A DNA stretch of 64,000 nucleotides from Deltaproteobacteria bacterium (GTDB lineage Bacteria; Desulfobacterota; Desulfuromonadia; Desulfuromonadales; Geopsychrobacteraceae): NCBI GenBank assembly GCA_024279255.1, contig JAJRRT010000009.1:2670-66669 (forward strand). Direction: 5' to 3'. Shown here in pieces: positions 47,992-57,961 of the stretch. The notes under the pieces were generated by a model that had not been told where the DNA came from, made no database searches, and saw nothing but the letters and a program-made list of their open reading frames with translations. Within the stretch, counting starts at the first letter, position 1, and each line of letters opens with the position of its first letter. Both the position numbers and the translations under genes were made by a program.

Positions 47992-50197
47992 TTGCTCTCC
48001 TACGCAGAAGCCGTAACTGATCTGTGGCGATTGAGACGATTTCGCTGTTTGTGGATTTTACAAGTTGTTCCAATAAGGGTGAGGCGACTGCCGTCGGGTA
48101 GCAGCCGAGAGTTTTGATGGCTTCAAGTTTCAAACGCCGAAAAAGTTTCGGGTGCAGAAGGTTTCCAGAGTTTATTAATCCTCCCAGGAAAGAGACCACA
48201 CCGGCATCGCCAATTTTGGACAGGGCACGCAGGATCTGAATTTTCAGCTCGAGGCCCTCTTCATTAAGAACACCATCGCGCAAAATCTTAAGTAACTGTC
48301 GTTGTACTGCTTTGTCTCGGCTGCGGTCGGCGATTTGGGCGGCATAGTACTGGGCCGAGATATTTTGTGACTGCAGTTCTTCAAGAAGTTGTCGCTCTGC
48401 CCGCGGACGGTTGTACAAATACATTAACTTGAGAACTTCCTGACGAACGCGGGGGTGAGGATAGTCAACCAGAGGGTACAGTTGTTTAACCAGTGCCGGA
48501 TGCTGGTGCTGAGCCAGAACTATGATCAGGTTCCGGACCAGATACCAGCGTTCATCGTTAAGACGCTCGAGAATAGCTTCATGAGCATTGCTGCCCATCT
48601 CCTTGAGGCAAGCCATGTAGTAGCGACGCACAGCCATGTCCTCAGTTTCGGCCAGGCGATTTATCAATTCATCAGCAAATGGAGTGCCTACGTCCAGAAT
48701 GTAATTGCGGACCTGTTCTTGTTTGTCGCTGCCGAAACGGTCCAGAGCATCAAGAGTTTCAACGACAAACTCTCGAGAATGCAGGGTTTCCAGGACCTCT
48801 TCAGCGAGAAAGAAGGTGGCAACTTTGTCATGATTGAGATAATCGATCCAGCGTTGATGAAGGTCTTGAAGCGCAACGAAATCACCGGTCTCAAGAAAGA
48901 AGCGCGCCAGATCGACCAGGTTGCGTTGCAGGGTGCTCTCCAACTCTGATTCTGTCCCGGAAGTCATGATTTCAAAGACAATCGCACTGGTCTGACGTTC
49001 AACCGACTGGCTGTCAAGGGTCGCTCGCAGAGACTCCATCTCTTCGGTTTTGAGCAGGCTTATCTGTTCGGTAGAGACGATTGTGTTCAATGCATTCTGA
49101 TAGGCTTCGGGGATGAATATCCCCGTATCCTCTTCACGAAAAATCATCCGTATTCGCTTGCCAGTCTCTAACTTATCCAAGCTGGTACTACCCTGAATAT
49201 TTGAACGAGCAGCACCCTTTTCCTGATGCTTGGACAACTTGCCAAGCAGATTTAGAATGTTGCTGGAGACTTGCATCTCTTGTTGGTTTACCTGATTGAG
49301 ACTGTCAAGAATTAACTCTTCAGGGAAGGCTTGAAGTACCGCTTCCGCTTTGCCCTGCTGAGTATCAAGCGTCCGAAAGGTACTATTGAGAAACTGACGG
49401 CGTAGTTCAGGGTTCAGCGCGCTGATCAGATCACCGAGCCCTTCGTTTCCTGGTCCTTTATACTCCCTGCCTTGTGAACCGCTGCCGGCAGTGCCTACCT
49501 GGCTGATAAAAGAAGTGATGACCGCATCATAATTTTCCTTGCCGGTCATTCCTTGTCCTTCTGACTTGCGATTTAGAATTCCTGCGACAAGGCGTGGATC
49601 GAAATCAGTCGGCATGTAGAGACTGCTCCCTTCCGGGTCGATAACGCCTTCCATCATGCCGAAGAGGAAGTTTTCCCAGAGGGGTTCACGCTCTGCATCA
49701 TAATCACCGTTGGTGATTCGTTCCTCTTCAATGGTTGTGAAACTACGGTAGTCAACCGGGACAATTTTGACATGGTTAATTCGCTGGGATTCGAGCAGGG
49801 CGGGGTAGCCGCCATACTCTTGAATCTCTACTCTTTCAGCACGTAGCAAAAGGTTCAGGCGGATAAACTCATCACGATCAGCGTGTCGCATGAAATGGAT
49901 GGCGGCGATGCCCCGCATAAACAAAAAAGAGGCAAAGTCGCGGTAGACCGGATTCTTTCTGTCGAGCCACTCTCCCTCAAACATCAGGGCATCACGGGCA
50001 ACACCAAAGCCGATTTCAGGACGGAATTCAAACAGGCGATCAAGAAGAGTCAGGACTTTGTCAGTCGCGGTGTCGATCATTGGATGCCCGTTTGGGTAGG
50101 TCGACATATGACGCCGGGCAATATTTATCTCATAGATGAAGTTTGACAACATCCGGGTATCAAGATCAGGCAAATTCTGTAGGGAGCTATGCTCCAC
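47978..50197 (-). CDS. HEAT-repeat protein; GTG start 50197
   Basis: C-terminal HEAT repeats (LNDERWYLVRNLI, HPRVRQEVLK); YPNGHPMI N-terminal motif; GGAGG RBS. Confidence 0.8.
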   Translation of the reverse strand: MEHSSLQNLPDLDTRMLSNFIYEINIARRHMSTYPNGHPMIDTATDKVLTLLDRLFEFRPEIGFGVARDALMFEGEWLDRKNPVYRDFASFLFMRGIAAIHFMRHADRDEFIRLNLLLRAERVEIQEYGGYPALLESQRINHVKIVPVDYRSFTTIEEERITNGDYDAEREPLWENFLFGMMEGVIDPEGSSLYMPTDFDPRLVAGILNRKSEGQGMTGKENYDAVITSFISQVGTAGSGSQGREYKGPGNEGLGDLISALNPELRRQFLNSTFRTLDTQQGKAEAVLQAFPEELILDSLNQVNQQEMQVSSNILNLLGKLSKHQEKGAARSNIQGSTSLDKLETGKRIRMIFREEDTGIFIPEAYQNALNTIVSTEQISLLKTEEMESLRATLDSQSVERQTSAIVFEIMTSGTESELESTLQRNLVDLARFFLETGDFVALQDLHQRWIDYLNHDKVATFFLAEEVLETLHSREFVVETLDALDRFGSDKQEQVRNYILDVGTPFADELINRLAETEDMAVRRYYMACLKEMGSNAHEAILERLNDERWYLVRNLIIVLAQHQHPALVKQLYPLVDYPHPRVRQEVLKLMYLYNRPRAERQLLEELQSQNISAQYYAAQIADRSRDKAVQRQLLKILRDGVLNEEGLELKIQILRALSKIGDAGVVSFLGGLINSGNLLHPKLFRRLKLEAIKTLGCYPTAVASPLLEQLVKSTNSEIVSIATDQLRLLRRRANVEP

Positions 50198-50365
50198 TGA
50201 ATCCTCCGGTAAATTGCGGATGGACAGCAAGAGAAGAATATATTCAATAGAAAATTTAACACAAATTATGGACTGGTGCATCCGGCTTCAAATATTGCCA
50301 AATGCTCAGTTTTGGTGATAGATTGCGCCTGTGAATAGACTTTCTCCTCCAAATTTAGACCACCT

Positions 50366-51343
50366 ATGAGCTGTCCTCTGAAATTTAGTGTCACTGCCGC
50401 CGGACTGGCCAGCCAACTTTATGGTCGACAAAATCGGCACATAAAGCTGGTTGAACGCGCTCTGGGGATCCGCATCGGTAGCAATGGCCTTGAACTGCAC
50501 TTCTCTGGCGATAAGGCTCAGTCAGAAATCGGCCTTCGTGTTTTCGAAGAACTGGAACAACTTCTGATCGCCGGCATGCCTCTGTATCCACCTGATGTTG
50601 ATTATGCAGTGCGTATTCTTTGCCAGGATTCTTCTGTCAATCTGCGTGATATTTTTCTTGATACCGTTTTTATCTCTGCACGTAAAAAAATTATCGGACC
50701 TAAGAGTCTGGCACAAAAAAACTATATCGATGCGATGCGGGAACACCACGTGGTGTTCGGTGTTGGTCCGGCTGGCACCGGGAAAACCTATTTGGCAATG
50801 GCGATGGCTGTTGCGTCATTGATGCGTAAAGAGGTTAGCCGCATTTTGTTGGTACGTCCGGCGGTTGAAGCGGGTGAAAAACTCGGTTTTTTACCAGGAG
50901 ATCTGACCGAAAAAATCAACCCTTATCTGAGACCACTCTATGACGCTCTGTTTGATATGTTGGACCCGGAGCAAGGCAAAGAGTTGGTGGCTAATGGGAT
51001 TATTGAGGTTGCACCGCTGGCGTTCATGCGTGGCCGCACTCTCAATGATGCCTTTGTGATCCTCGATGAGGCGCAGAATACCACCTACGAACAGATGAAG
51101 ATGTTCCTGACGCGGTTGGGTTTTGGTAGCCGGGCTGTGGTCACCGGAGATGTAACCCAGGTCGACCTGCCTGACAGTCGCCAATCGGGCTTATTGCATG
51201 CAATTGAAGTATTGTCCGGGGTTGAAGGGATATACTTCAATCACTTCAGTGATGTTGATGTCGTGCGACATCCAATAGTACAATCGATTGTACAAGCCTA
51301 TCAGGCGGCTGATAAACGAGTGTCTCGACTTGGGCGCAGATAA
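50366..51343 (+). CDS. phoH: PhoH-family ATPase (YbeZ-like)
   Basis: GPAGTGKTYLA, RPAVEAGEKLGFLPGD, APLAFMRGRTL, ILDEAQN, DVVRHP. Confidence 0.96.
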   Translation: MSCPLKFSVTAAGLASQLYGRQNRHIKLVERALGIRIGSNGLELHFSGDKAQSEIGLRVFEELEQLLIAGMPLYPPDVDYAVRILCQDSSVNLRDIFLDTVFISARKKIIGPKSLAQKNYIDAMREHHVVFGVGPAGTGKTYLAMAMAVASLMRKEVSRILLVRPAVEAGEKLGFLPGDLTEKINPYLRPLYDALFDMLDPEQGKELVANGIIEVAPLAFMRGRTLNDAFVILDEAQNTTYEQMKMFLTRLGFGSRAVVTGDVTQVDLPDSRQSGLLHAIEVLSGVEGIYFNHFSDVDVVRHPIVQSIVQAYQAADKRVSRLGRR

Positions 51344-51382
51344 GATGTTCGTTGCGTTGGTGAGGGAGCGTAAAAGGGAATA

Positions 51383-53833
51383 ATGGCAAAAAAAGAACAG
51401 TTTGAAATACGCGAGAAGCGGCAAGAGAAGAAGATCGATAAAAAGGGGGAGAAAAAATCCTTTGCCGGCGTTGAAAACGCTTTGAGGTGGTATCAAAATC
51501 GGCGTACGGTGGCAACCGTTTTGCTGATTGTCGTAGCATTCCTGTTGACTCTGGTGATCATTCCCAAGGGGGGCTTTGTCCCTAAGTATCATGTTCCGGG
51601 TGAAATTTCATCGCGCGATATTAAGTCTCCACGTGATCTTTTGATTGAAGATTTACCCCTGACTCAGACCAAGCGGGAAGAGGCACGGCAGGCTGTTTTG
51701 CCTTTTTACGATTTCGATTCGTCGGTCAGTCTGAATGCCATTGCCCGCTTTAAACGCGGTATTGTTGAGTTGATCAAGTCATCCAGTCTCCCAGAGATAG
51801 AAAAGAGTGAAGTTTCACCCGTCTCTGGTGTTGCAGAAGTCGACCAGTTGCGAGCTTCCGTTGAAGCCGCTTTCGGGTTTCCATTGCTTGAAAAGGATTA
51901 CCGGACACTCAAAACACTGACAACTGACCTCAACGCCGAAGAGCTTTCGGACACTCTGTTACAAGAGGTGTTCAATCATCCGTTGGTCGCTAACCTGAAA
52001 TTGTTCAGCACCGATCAGGCCAAGGGAGTTGTCGTTCGTGATCTGGCTAGTCAGGTTGAAACTACCTATACCGAGTTACCGCGTGTCATGGGTGTTCCTG
52101 AAGCACTCGCCAACAGTGATCCGATTTTAAAACAGACCCCAGGCATTAAACGTGCGCAGCGTAAGGTGTTGATGAGCGTTCTTCAGCAGATGCTGAGGCC
52201 AAGCTTGACCTATAATCAGCAGGAAACGGAACTTCGTCGGCAGCAAGCTTTTGACGAGATTGCTCCGGTCCTCTTTCAGGTAAAAAAAGGGGAGATGATT
52301 GTTCGTGAGGGGGAACGCATCACCGCAGTTCAAATTAAAAAACTCAGAGCGCTGCATGATATCGGGCGTGACAACCGAACGCTGCAGATTGCTATAGGTC
52401 TGATATTTTGTATTCTGATCTTCTACTCATCAGCCCACCGTTTCGTACAGTCGAGTATCCGTAAGTATAATCCGGATAGCCGTGACCTTCTCTTTCTGGC
52501 TTGTACAACACTTATCTTCTTCGTTCTGGTTAAAATTTCACTGGTTATCGCTACTGGCTTATCGAGTACGGTCGAGTTTATAGATTTCACCAGCTATTAT
52601 TATGCGATTCCGTTCGCCATGGGAGCGATGATTGTCCGCATTGTCTTGAACTCTGAAACGGCCCTGACTTTTTCGATCTGTGTCTCCTGGCTGGTCGGCG
52701 TGCTTTTTGGCAACAGCCTGTATATTGCCCTGTATGTTTTAGCCTCCAGCTTGATCGGTGCTCATGGGGTGCGTCATTGCAAAGAGCGCTCGAATCTCTA
52801 TCGAGCGGGGGCCTGGGTTGCTCTTGTAAATGTCGGCATGTTGTTCGGTATTCATATGATGGCCGGGAAGCCTCTCGACCTGCAACTGATTTACAAACTG
52901 GGGTTGGGACTTTTCGGTGGCCTGCTCAGCGCGGTCGTTGTCAATGGAATTATTCCGCTGATTGAAAGTCTCTTCAAATACACGACAGATATCAAATTGC
53001 TTGAACTGGCAAATATGAACTCACCCATCCTGCGCGAACTGATGGTTCAGGCACCGGGAACCTATCATCATTCAATGATCGTAGGAAGTCTTGTTGAGTC
53101 CGCAGCGGAAGAGATCGGAGCTAACCCACTACTGTCTCGTGTCGCGGCCTATTATCACGATATTGGGAAGATTCGGAAGCCACTCTATTTTATTGAAAAT
53201 TCAGGGGGGCAACGCAATAAGCACGATAAGCTTGCACCTTCCATGAGTGCTCTGATTCTGACTTCGCATGTCAAAGAAGGTGTAGAACTTGGACGTGAGA
53301 GCAAACTTGGCGCCCCGATTCTCGATATCATCCAGCAACACCACGGGACGGCCCTGATCAAGTTTTTCTATGAGAAGGCAAAGACGCAGGCCGACCCCGG
53401 GATGGAGCAGATTGATGAGCGTGATTATCGCTATCATGGACCTAAACCGCAGACTCGTGAAGCGGCACTGATTATGTTAGCTGATGCGGTTGAGGCGGCC
53501 AGCAGAACCTTGAGTGACCCGACCTCGGCGCGGATTCAGGGAATGGTCAAGAAATTGATCAATAATATTTTTATTGATGGACAACTAGAAGAATGTGATC
53601 TGACGCTGAAAGATCTGCATCTGATTGCCAGAAGCTTTAACAGAGTGCTCGGTGGAATTTCCCATAACCGGATCGATTACCCCGAGCCGGTTCATATTGT
53701 ACGAGAAAAGAAAACGGAGGTTGATCCTGCCCGTGAAAATTCAGATCGAGAATCGCCAGCGGAGTCAGAAGATCCTGAAGCGTCCACTGCGAAAGACAGC
53801 CACAATGATCTTAAGCGCCTTGGGATTTCCTGA
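51383..53833 (+). CDS. 7TM-HD (PgpH-like) membrane phosphohydrolase
   Basis: Extracellular 7TMR-HDED region, TM block, APGTYHHS, YYHDIGK, QHHGT, MLADAVEAA. Confidence 0.92.
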   Translation: MAKKEQFEIREKRQEKKIDKKGEKKSFAGVENALRWYQNRRTVATVLLIVVAFLLTLVIIPKGGFVPKYHVPGEISSRDIKSPRDLLIEDLPLTQTKREEARQAVLPFYDFDSSVSLNAIARFKRGIVELIKSSSLPEIEKSEVSPVSGVAEVDQLRASVEAAFGFPLLEKDYRTLKTLTTDLNAEELSDTLLQEVFNHPLVANLKLFSTDQAKGVVVRDLASQVETTYTELPRVMGVPEALANSDPILKQTPGIKRAQRKVLMSVLQQMLRPSLTYNQQETELRRQQAFDEIAPVLFQVKKGEMIVREGERITAVQIKKLRALHDIGRDNRTLQIAIGLIFCILIFYSSAHRFVQSSIRKYNPDSRDLLFLACTTLIFFVLVKISLVIATGLSSTVEFIDFTSYYYAIPFAMGAMIVRIVLNSETALTFSICVSWLVGVLFGNSLYIALYVLASSLIGAHGVRHCKERSNLYRAGAWVALVNVGMLFGIHMMAGKPLDLQLIYKLGLGLFGGLLSAVVVNGIIPLIESLFKYTTDIKLLELANMNSPILRELMVQAPGTYHHSMIVGSLVESAAEEIGANPLLSRVAAYYHDIGKIRKPLYFIENSGGQRNKHDKLAPSMSALILTSHVKEGVELGRESKLGAPILDIIQQHHGTALIKFFYEKAKTQADPGMEQIDERDYRYHGPKPQTREAALIMLADAVEAASRTLSDPTSARIQGMVKKLINNIFIDGQLEECDLTLKDLHLIARSFNRVLGGISHNRIDYPEPVHIVREKKTEVDPARENSDRESPAESEDPEASTAKDSHNDLKRLGIS

Positions 53834-54209
53834 TGGCGAATTGTCACTTCTAATTGTTGATAACGACGAAATTCAAAATATCAACCGGGATTATCTGGAA
53901 CGGGATAAGCCAACCAACGTCATCTCTTTTGCAATGCAGGAAGGTGAAGGTGGTGGTGTTCAACCACAATTGCTAGGTGATGTTGTTATCAGTGCCGAAC
54001 GAGCGGCTGAAGATGCACAGGAAGCCGCAATTCCGTTTGAGCATGAATTGGTTTTTTTGATGTTACACGGTATTCTTCATCTTCTAGGCTATGATCATGA
54101 ACGCGGGACGGCTGAACAGGCGGTTGAGATGGAAGAAAAAGAGCGTGAAGTTTTTTCCCTGCTGCGGCAGGACGCACTCAGTGAGCAGGGTTATAGTGCT
54201 GCACTTTAA
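53733..54209 (+). CDS. ybeY: Endoribonuclease YbeY; GTG start 53733, overlapping the upstream gene by 101 nt
   Basis: NRDYLERDKPTNVISF, LLGDVVIS, HGILHLLGYDH; GGAGG RBS. Confidence 0.92.
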   Translation: MKIQIENRQRSQKILKRPLRKTATMILSALGFPDGELSLLIVDNDEIQNINRDYLERDKPTNVISFAMQEGEGGGVQPQLLGDVVISAERAAEDAQEAAIPFEHELVFLMLHGILHLLGYDHERGTAEQAVEMEEKEREVFSLLRQDALSEQGYSAAL

Positions 54210-54223
54210 ACAACAAGGGGGTT

Positions 54224-55066
54224 TTGTTGCAGTCCGATCAGTCTGAAACGGGTTTTATCAACGGCGTTAAAAAACTTTTCTCTTCGCGACCAGTTGCAAG
54301 TACTGAAGCTGACCTGCAGGAGATGATCGACGCTTCTGAGCTCGGCGGAATTATCGATGAAGATGAAGGGGATATGCTTCAGTCGATTCTGGAGCTTGAT
54401 GACACGATTGTTCGTGAAATTATGGTTCCACGTACCTCGATGATTTGCTGTGATTGCGCGGCCTCGCTGACGGAAGTCCTTAAGGCCGTCAATGAGTCTG
54501 GTCATTCCAGAATTCCGCTCTATGAAAACAGTCGCGATAATATTATTGGCCTGATCTATGCGAAGGATTTACTGCGTTTCTGGGGAACTCCGCTAGAACA
54601 ACTCAAGTTGGAACAGGTGCTCCGTCCTCCATATCTTGTCCCTGAATCGATGAATGTTAGTGACCTGTTGCAGGAATTTCGTCAACGTCGTGTCCACATT
54701 GCAATTGTTATTGATGAGTATGGCGGGACATCGGGACTGGTGACGATTGAAGACTTGATTGAAGAGATTGTCGGTGATATCCAGGATGAGTACGACCTTG
54801 AAGAGGAATGGCTGATTGAGGAAGAGGGGGCTGTCCTTGTTGACGGGCGGCTTAATGTCGAAGAGTTCGAAGATCACTTCTCGGTTTCGATTGAACGCGA
54901 AAAATTTGATACTGTCGGTGGTTATATTGTCGAAATGCTTGGTCGCGTACCAGCGCGCGGGGAACGTCTTGAGTTTGACGGACTGAAATTGTTGATTGTT
55001 GATGCTGATCCACGAGCGGTACGGCAAATTCGCGTGTTTTCTCCGGTGTCAGACGCAGAGACATGA
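54224..55066 (+). CDS. corC: CBS-domain Mg/Co transport protein CorC/HlyC
   Basis: VREIMVPR, SGHSRIPLY, VIDEYGGTSGLVTIEDLIEEIVGDIQDEYD, CorC-HlyC tail. Confidence 0.9.
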   Translation: MLQSDQSETGFINGVKKLFSSRPVASTEADLQEMIDASELGGIIDEDEGDMLQSILELDDTIVREIMVPRTSMICCDCAASLTEVLKAVNESGHSRIPLYENSRDNIIGLIYAKDLLRFWGTPLEQLKLEQVLRPPYLVPESMNVSDLLQEFRQRRVHIAIVIDEYGGTSGLVTIEDLIEEIVGDIQDEYDLEEEWLIEEEGAVLVDGRLNVEEFEDHFSVSIEREKFDTVGGYIVEMLGRVPARGERLEFDGLKLLIVDADPRAVRQIRVFSPVSDAET

Positions 55067-56601
55067 GAGCTCTGCTAAACAGAAAATCCCTTGGCGGGCT
55101 CGATATTAAGTTGCTGCCTTCTGCTTTTTCTGGTCTGTTGCTGGCTGCTGCTTTCCCCCCTGTGGGACAAGGCTGGCTCGGTTTTTTTGCTCTTATACCC
55201 CTTTTGCTCACCGCTGAACGCCGGCCATTTGCGAGCGGTTTTACCTGTGGCCTTTTTTTCTTTGCACCACTACTCTACTGGCTCAACATTGTCATGACCA
55301 GCTATGGTGGCTTATCGCCATTCTTTTCAGTTGTTGCCTGGTTGATGCTGTGTGTGTATCTCGCTCTCTTTTTCGCTACAACTCTTTGGCTGACATTTTT
55401 ACTGAAACAACATCTGAATATTCTGCCGATTCTATCATTTCCCATTTTCTGGGTTGCGCTTGAATATTTGCGTGGGCACCTGCTGACGGGCTTTCCTTGG
55501 GGGCTTCTCGGTTATGCTGCAATAGACATGACACACTTGCGGCAGATTGCGGATCTCTATGGTGTTTATGGACTGTCTTGGTTATTCGTACTCTGTAACG
55601 CTGCGTTAGCATTGCTTTTTCAGAGACGACTTCAAAGGATCGCCATTTTAGGCGTTGTCTTCTGCTTCATGCTCATTTCGGCCGCTCTTTTTTATGGGCA
55701 GCAAGCCTTGCAGCCGCACGGAGAAGACCTGCCGCGATTAAAGGTTGGCTTGATTCAGGGCAATATCGAGCAGCAAAACAAGTGGGATCGCAATTTCCGT
55801 CAGCAAACTATTGATCGCTATCGCCGTCTCAGCAAGGTTGCTTCTGATGAGGGTGCCGAGCTCCTGATCTGGCCAGAGGCCGCAACCCCGTTTTATATGC
55901 AGGATGATACCGTCGATAGTCGGCAGGTTCTGCAGATCCCTCGTGAAACCGGCCGCAGTTTACTATTTGGTGGCCCTTCATATCAGAGTCGTTCGGACAA
56001 GAGCTATAGTTATCATAACAGCGCTTTTCTCTTGGGGACTGATGGTTCTTCTCGAGGCCGAAGTGATAAAATTCACCTTGTTCCCTTCGGTGAATATGTA
56101 CCTTTAGGGAAATTGTTGTTTTTTGTGAATAAACTGGTGTCTGGCGTTGGTGATTATACCCCGGGGACAGTTAACCCGTTAGCGCTTAACGGTCATGATC
56201 TTGGCGTGCTGATCTGCTATGAAGCGATCTTTCCCGAAATTGCCCGAGATTACGTGCGTAATGGCAGTGATCTGTTGGTTAATCTGACCAATGATGCCTG
56301 GTTCGGGCGTTCTTCTGCACCACGTCAGTTGCTCGATATGACCCGTATGCGTGCTATTGAAAATCGAATATGGATTGCTCGTTCGGCGAATACAGGGATC
56401 TCTGCCTTGATCGCACCAGATGGTCAAACCTATAACGAAACCGCACTCTTTGAGACGGTCTCTGTTTCCGGATCGGTAGAATTAGGGTCCAGGTCCAGCC
56501 TTTATCTTCGGGTTGGCGACATCTTTCCCGGAATTTGCTTGTTCTTAGCTGCCGGCAGTCTTGTTTACCTTAGGTTTGTACGGCGCAAAAACCTATCATA
56601 A
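55063..56601 (+). CDS. lnt: Apolipoprotein N-acyltransferase
   Basis: GFPW, QGNI, IWPEAA, KIHLVPFGEYVP, ICYEAIFP, TNDAWFG, RSANTGIS. Confidence 0.96.
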   Translation: MRALLNRKSLGGLDIKLLPSAFSGLLLAAAFPPVGQGWLGFFALIPLLLTAERRPFASGFTCGLFFFAPLLYWLNIVMTSYGGLSPFFSVVAWLMLCVYLALFFATTLWLTFLLKQHLNILPILSFPIFWVALEYLRGHLLTGFPWGLLGYAAIDMTHLRQIADLYGVYGLSWLFVLCNAALALLFQRRLQRIAILGVVFCFMLISAALFYGQQALQPHGEDLPRLKVGLIQGNIEQQNKWDRNFRQQTIDRYRRLSKVASDEGAELLIWPEAATPFYMQDDTVDSRQVLQIPRETGRSLLFGGPSYQSRSDKSYSYHNSAFLLGTDGSSRGRSDKIHLVPFGEYVPLGKLLFFVNKLVSGVGDYTPGTVNPLALNGHDLGVLICYEAIFPEIARDYVRNGSDLLVNLTNDAWFGRSSAPRQLLDMTRMRAIENRIWIARSANTGISALIAPDGQTYNETALFETVSVSGSVELGSRSSLYLRVGDIFPGICLFLAAGSLVYLRFVRRKNLS

Positions 56602-56654
56602 TCCCATAGTTACACCCCAACCTATTTCTTGACTAAAATAAGTATGGTAAGTAT

Positions 56655-56683
56655 TTGACAGCGCCCCCTGTGCTGTATATATT
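56655..56683 (+). promoter_or_regulatory. Sigma70 promoter of the amino-acid ABC operon
   Basis: TTGACA, 17 nt, TATATT. Confidence 0.65.
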
Positions 56684-56852
56684 TTTATGGAACAGTGTTT
56701 TGTTCTGTCCAAACAATTAATGATTTTCAATGTTTAGCAAACATCTTGCCGTTCATGAAATTATGGTATTATTCAAGTTCAGTATTTCTCGGTTCTCTCT
56801 GCCAAAGGGTAACGGCCCTGAGGCACCACTAAACTATTGAGGAGGATAGAAA

Positions 56853-57872
56853 ATGCGATTTGCTAGATTGGTTGCTCTGGTTGCAGCAGTATCACTACTT
56901 TGCGGCGGGCTTGCTTTTGCCGGCAAGGATCTTGATGCGGTCGTGAAGAAAGGTTTTATCCAGGCCGGTGTTAATGGTGGGGTTTTCGGTTTCGGTATGC
57001 CTGACTCCAAAGGTGTCTGGAAGGGGCTTGACGTTGATACCGCTCGTGCCGTAGCTGCTGCAATTTTTGGAGATGCCAGCAAGGTTAGATTTACTCCTCT
57101 GACGGCTCAACAACGCTTCACTGCTCTTCAGTCGGGTGAAATCGATCTTCTGACAAGAAATGCAACCCGTACCCTGAGTCGTGAGACTCAGCTCGGTCTG
57201 AATTTTGTTACGGTTAACTATTATGATGGTCAAGGCTTTTTAATTCCGAAGAAGCTCGGTGTTAAAAGTGCTAAAGAGCTTGATGGTGCCACGGTTTGTG
57301 TCCTGCCTGGCACGACCACTGAACAGAATGCTGCCGACTACTTCCGTAGCAATAATATGAAATGGAAGCCGGTTGTCATTGAAAACACAACTGAACTAGC
57401 TAAAACCTTTTTCGCGGGGCGCTGCGATGTGTTGACCTCTGATGCTTCCCAACTCGCAGGGACTCGGGCTGTGGCCCCCAAACCTGATGATTATGCTATT
57501 CTTCCTGAAATTATCTCCAAAGAACCACTCGCTCCTGCCGTACGTCATGGTGATGACAAGTTTATGGATATCGTTGACTTCTCTGTGTTAGCCATGATCA
57601 ATGCTGAAGAACTGGGGATTACATCGAAGAATGTCGATTCAATGCTGAAGAGCAAGAATCCGGTTATCCAGCGTTTTCTCGGTGTTACAGCTGGCAACGG
57701 TGCGGCTCTCGGGCTGGATGAAAAATGGGCTTACAATATCATTAAGCAGGTCGGAAATTACGGTGAGGTGTTTGAGCGCAATGTTGGCGTAAAGACATCG
57801 CTTGGAATTGAGCGTGGTCTCAATGCACTGTGGACCGATGGTGGACTGATGTATTCACCGCCTTTTAAATAA
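56853..57872 (+). CDS. aapJ: General L-amino-acid ABC transporter substrate-binding protein (AapJ/BztA type)
   Basis: GLDVDTARAVAAA, RFTALQSGEID, YYDGQGF, ISKEPL, VGNYGEVFERN, GLNALW..GGLMYSPP. Confidence 0.92.
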   Translation: MRFARLVALVAAVSLLCGGLAFAGKDLDAVVKKGFIQAGVNGGVFGFGMPDSKGVWKGLDVDTARAVAAAIFGDASKVRFTPLTAQQRFTALQSGEIDLLTRNATRTLSRETQLGLNFVTVNYYDGQGFLIPKKLGVKSAKELDGATVCVLPGTTTEQNAADYFRSNNMKWKPVVIENTTELAKTFFAGRCDVLTSDASQLAGTRAVAPKPDDYAILPEIISKEPLAPAVRHGDDKFMDIVDFSVLAMINAEELGITSKNVDSMLKSKNPVIQRFLGVTAGNGAALGLDEKWAYNIIKQVGNYGEVFERNVGVKTSLGIERGLNALWTDGGLMYSPPFK

Positions 57873-57885
57873 TTTTTTGTCCAAT

Positions 57886-57921
57886 ACGGGGAGGCGTTAT
57901 CGACAGCGTCTCCCCGTTTTT
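57886..57921 (+). terminator. Intra-operon stem-loop/terminator after the binding-protein gene
   Basis: ACGGGGAGGCG/CGTCTCCCCGT followed by TTTT. Confidence 0.75.
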
Positions 57922-57961
57922 ATCTGACAGTTCTTCTTAATAATCGTGGAAAGAGCTCCGT

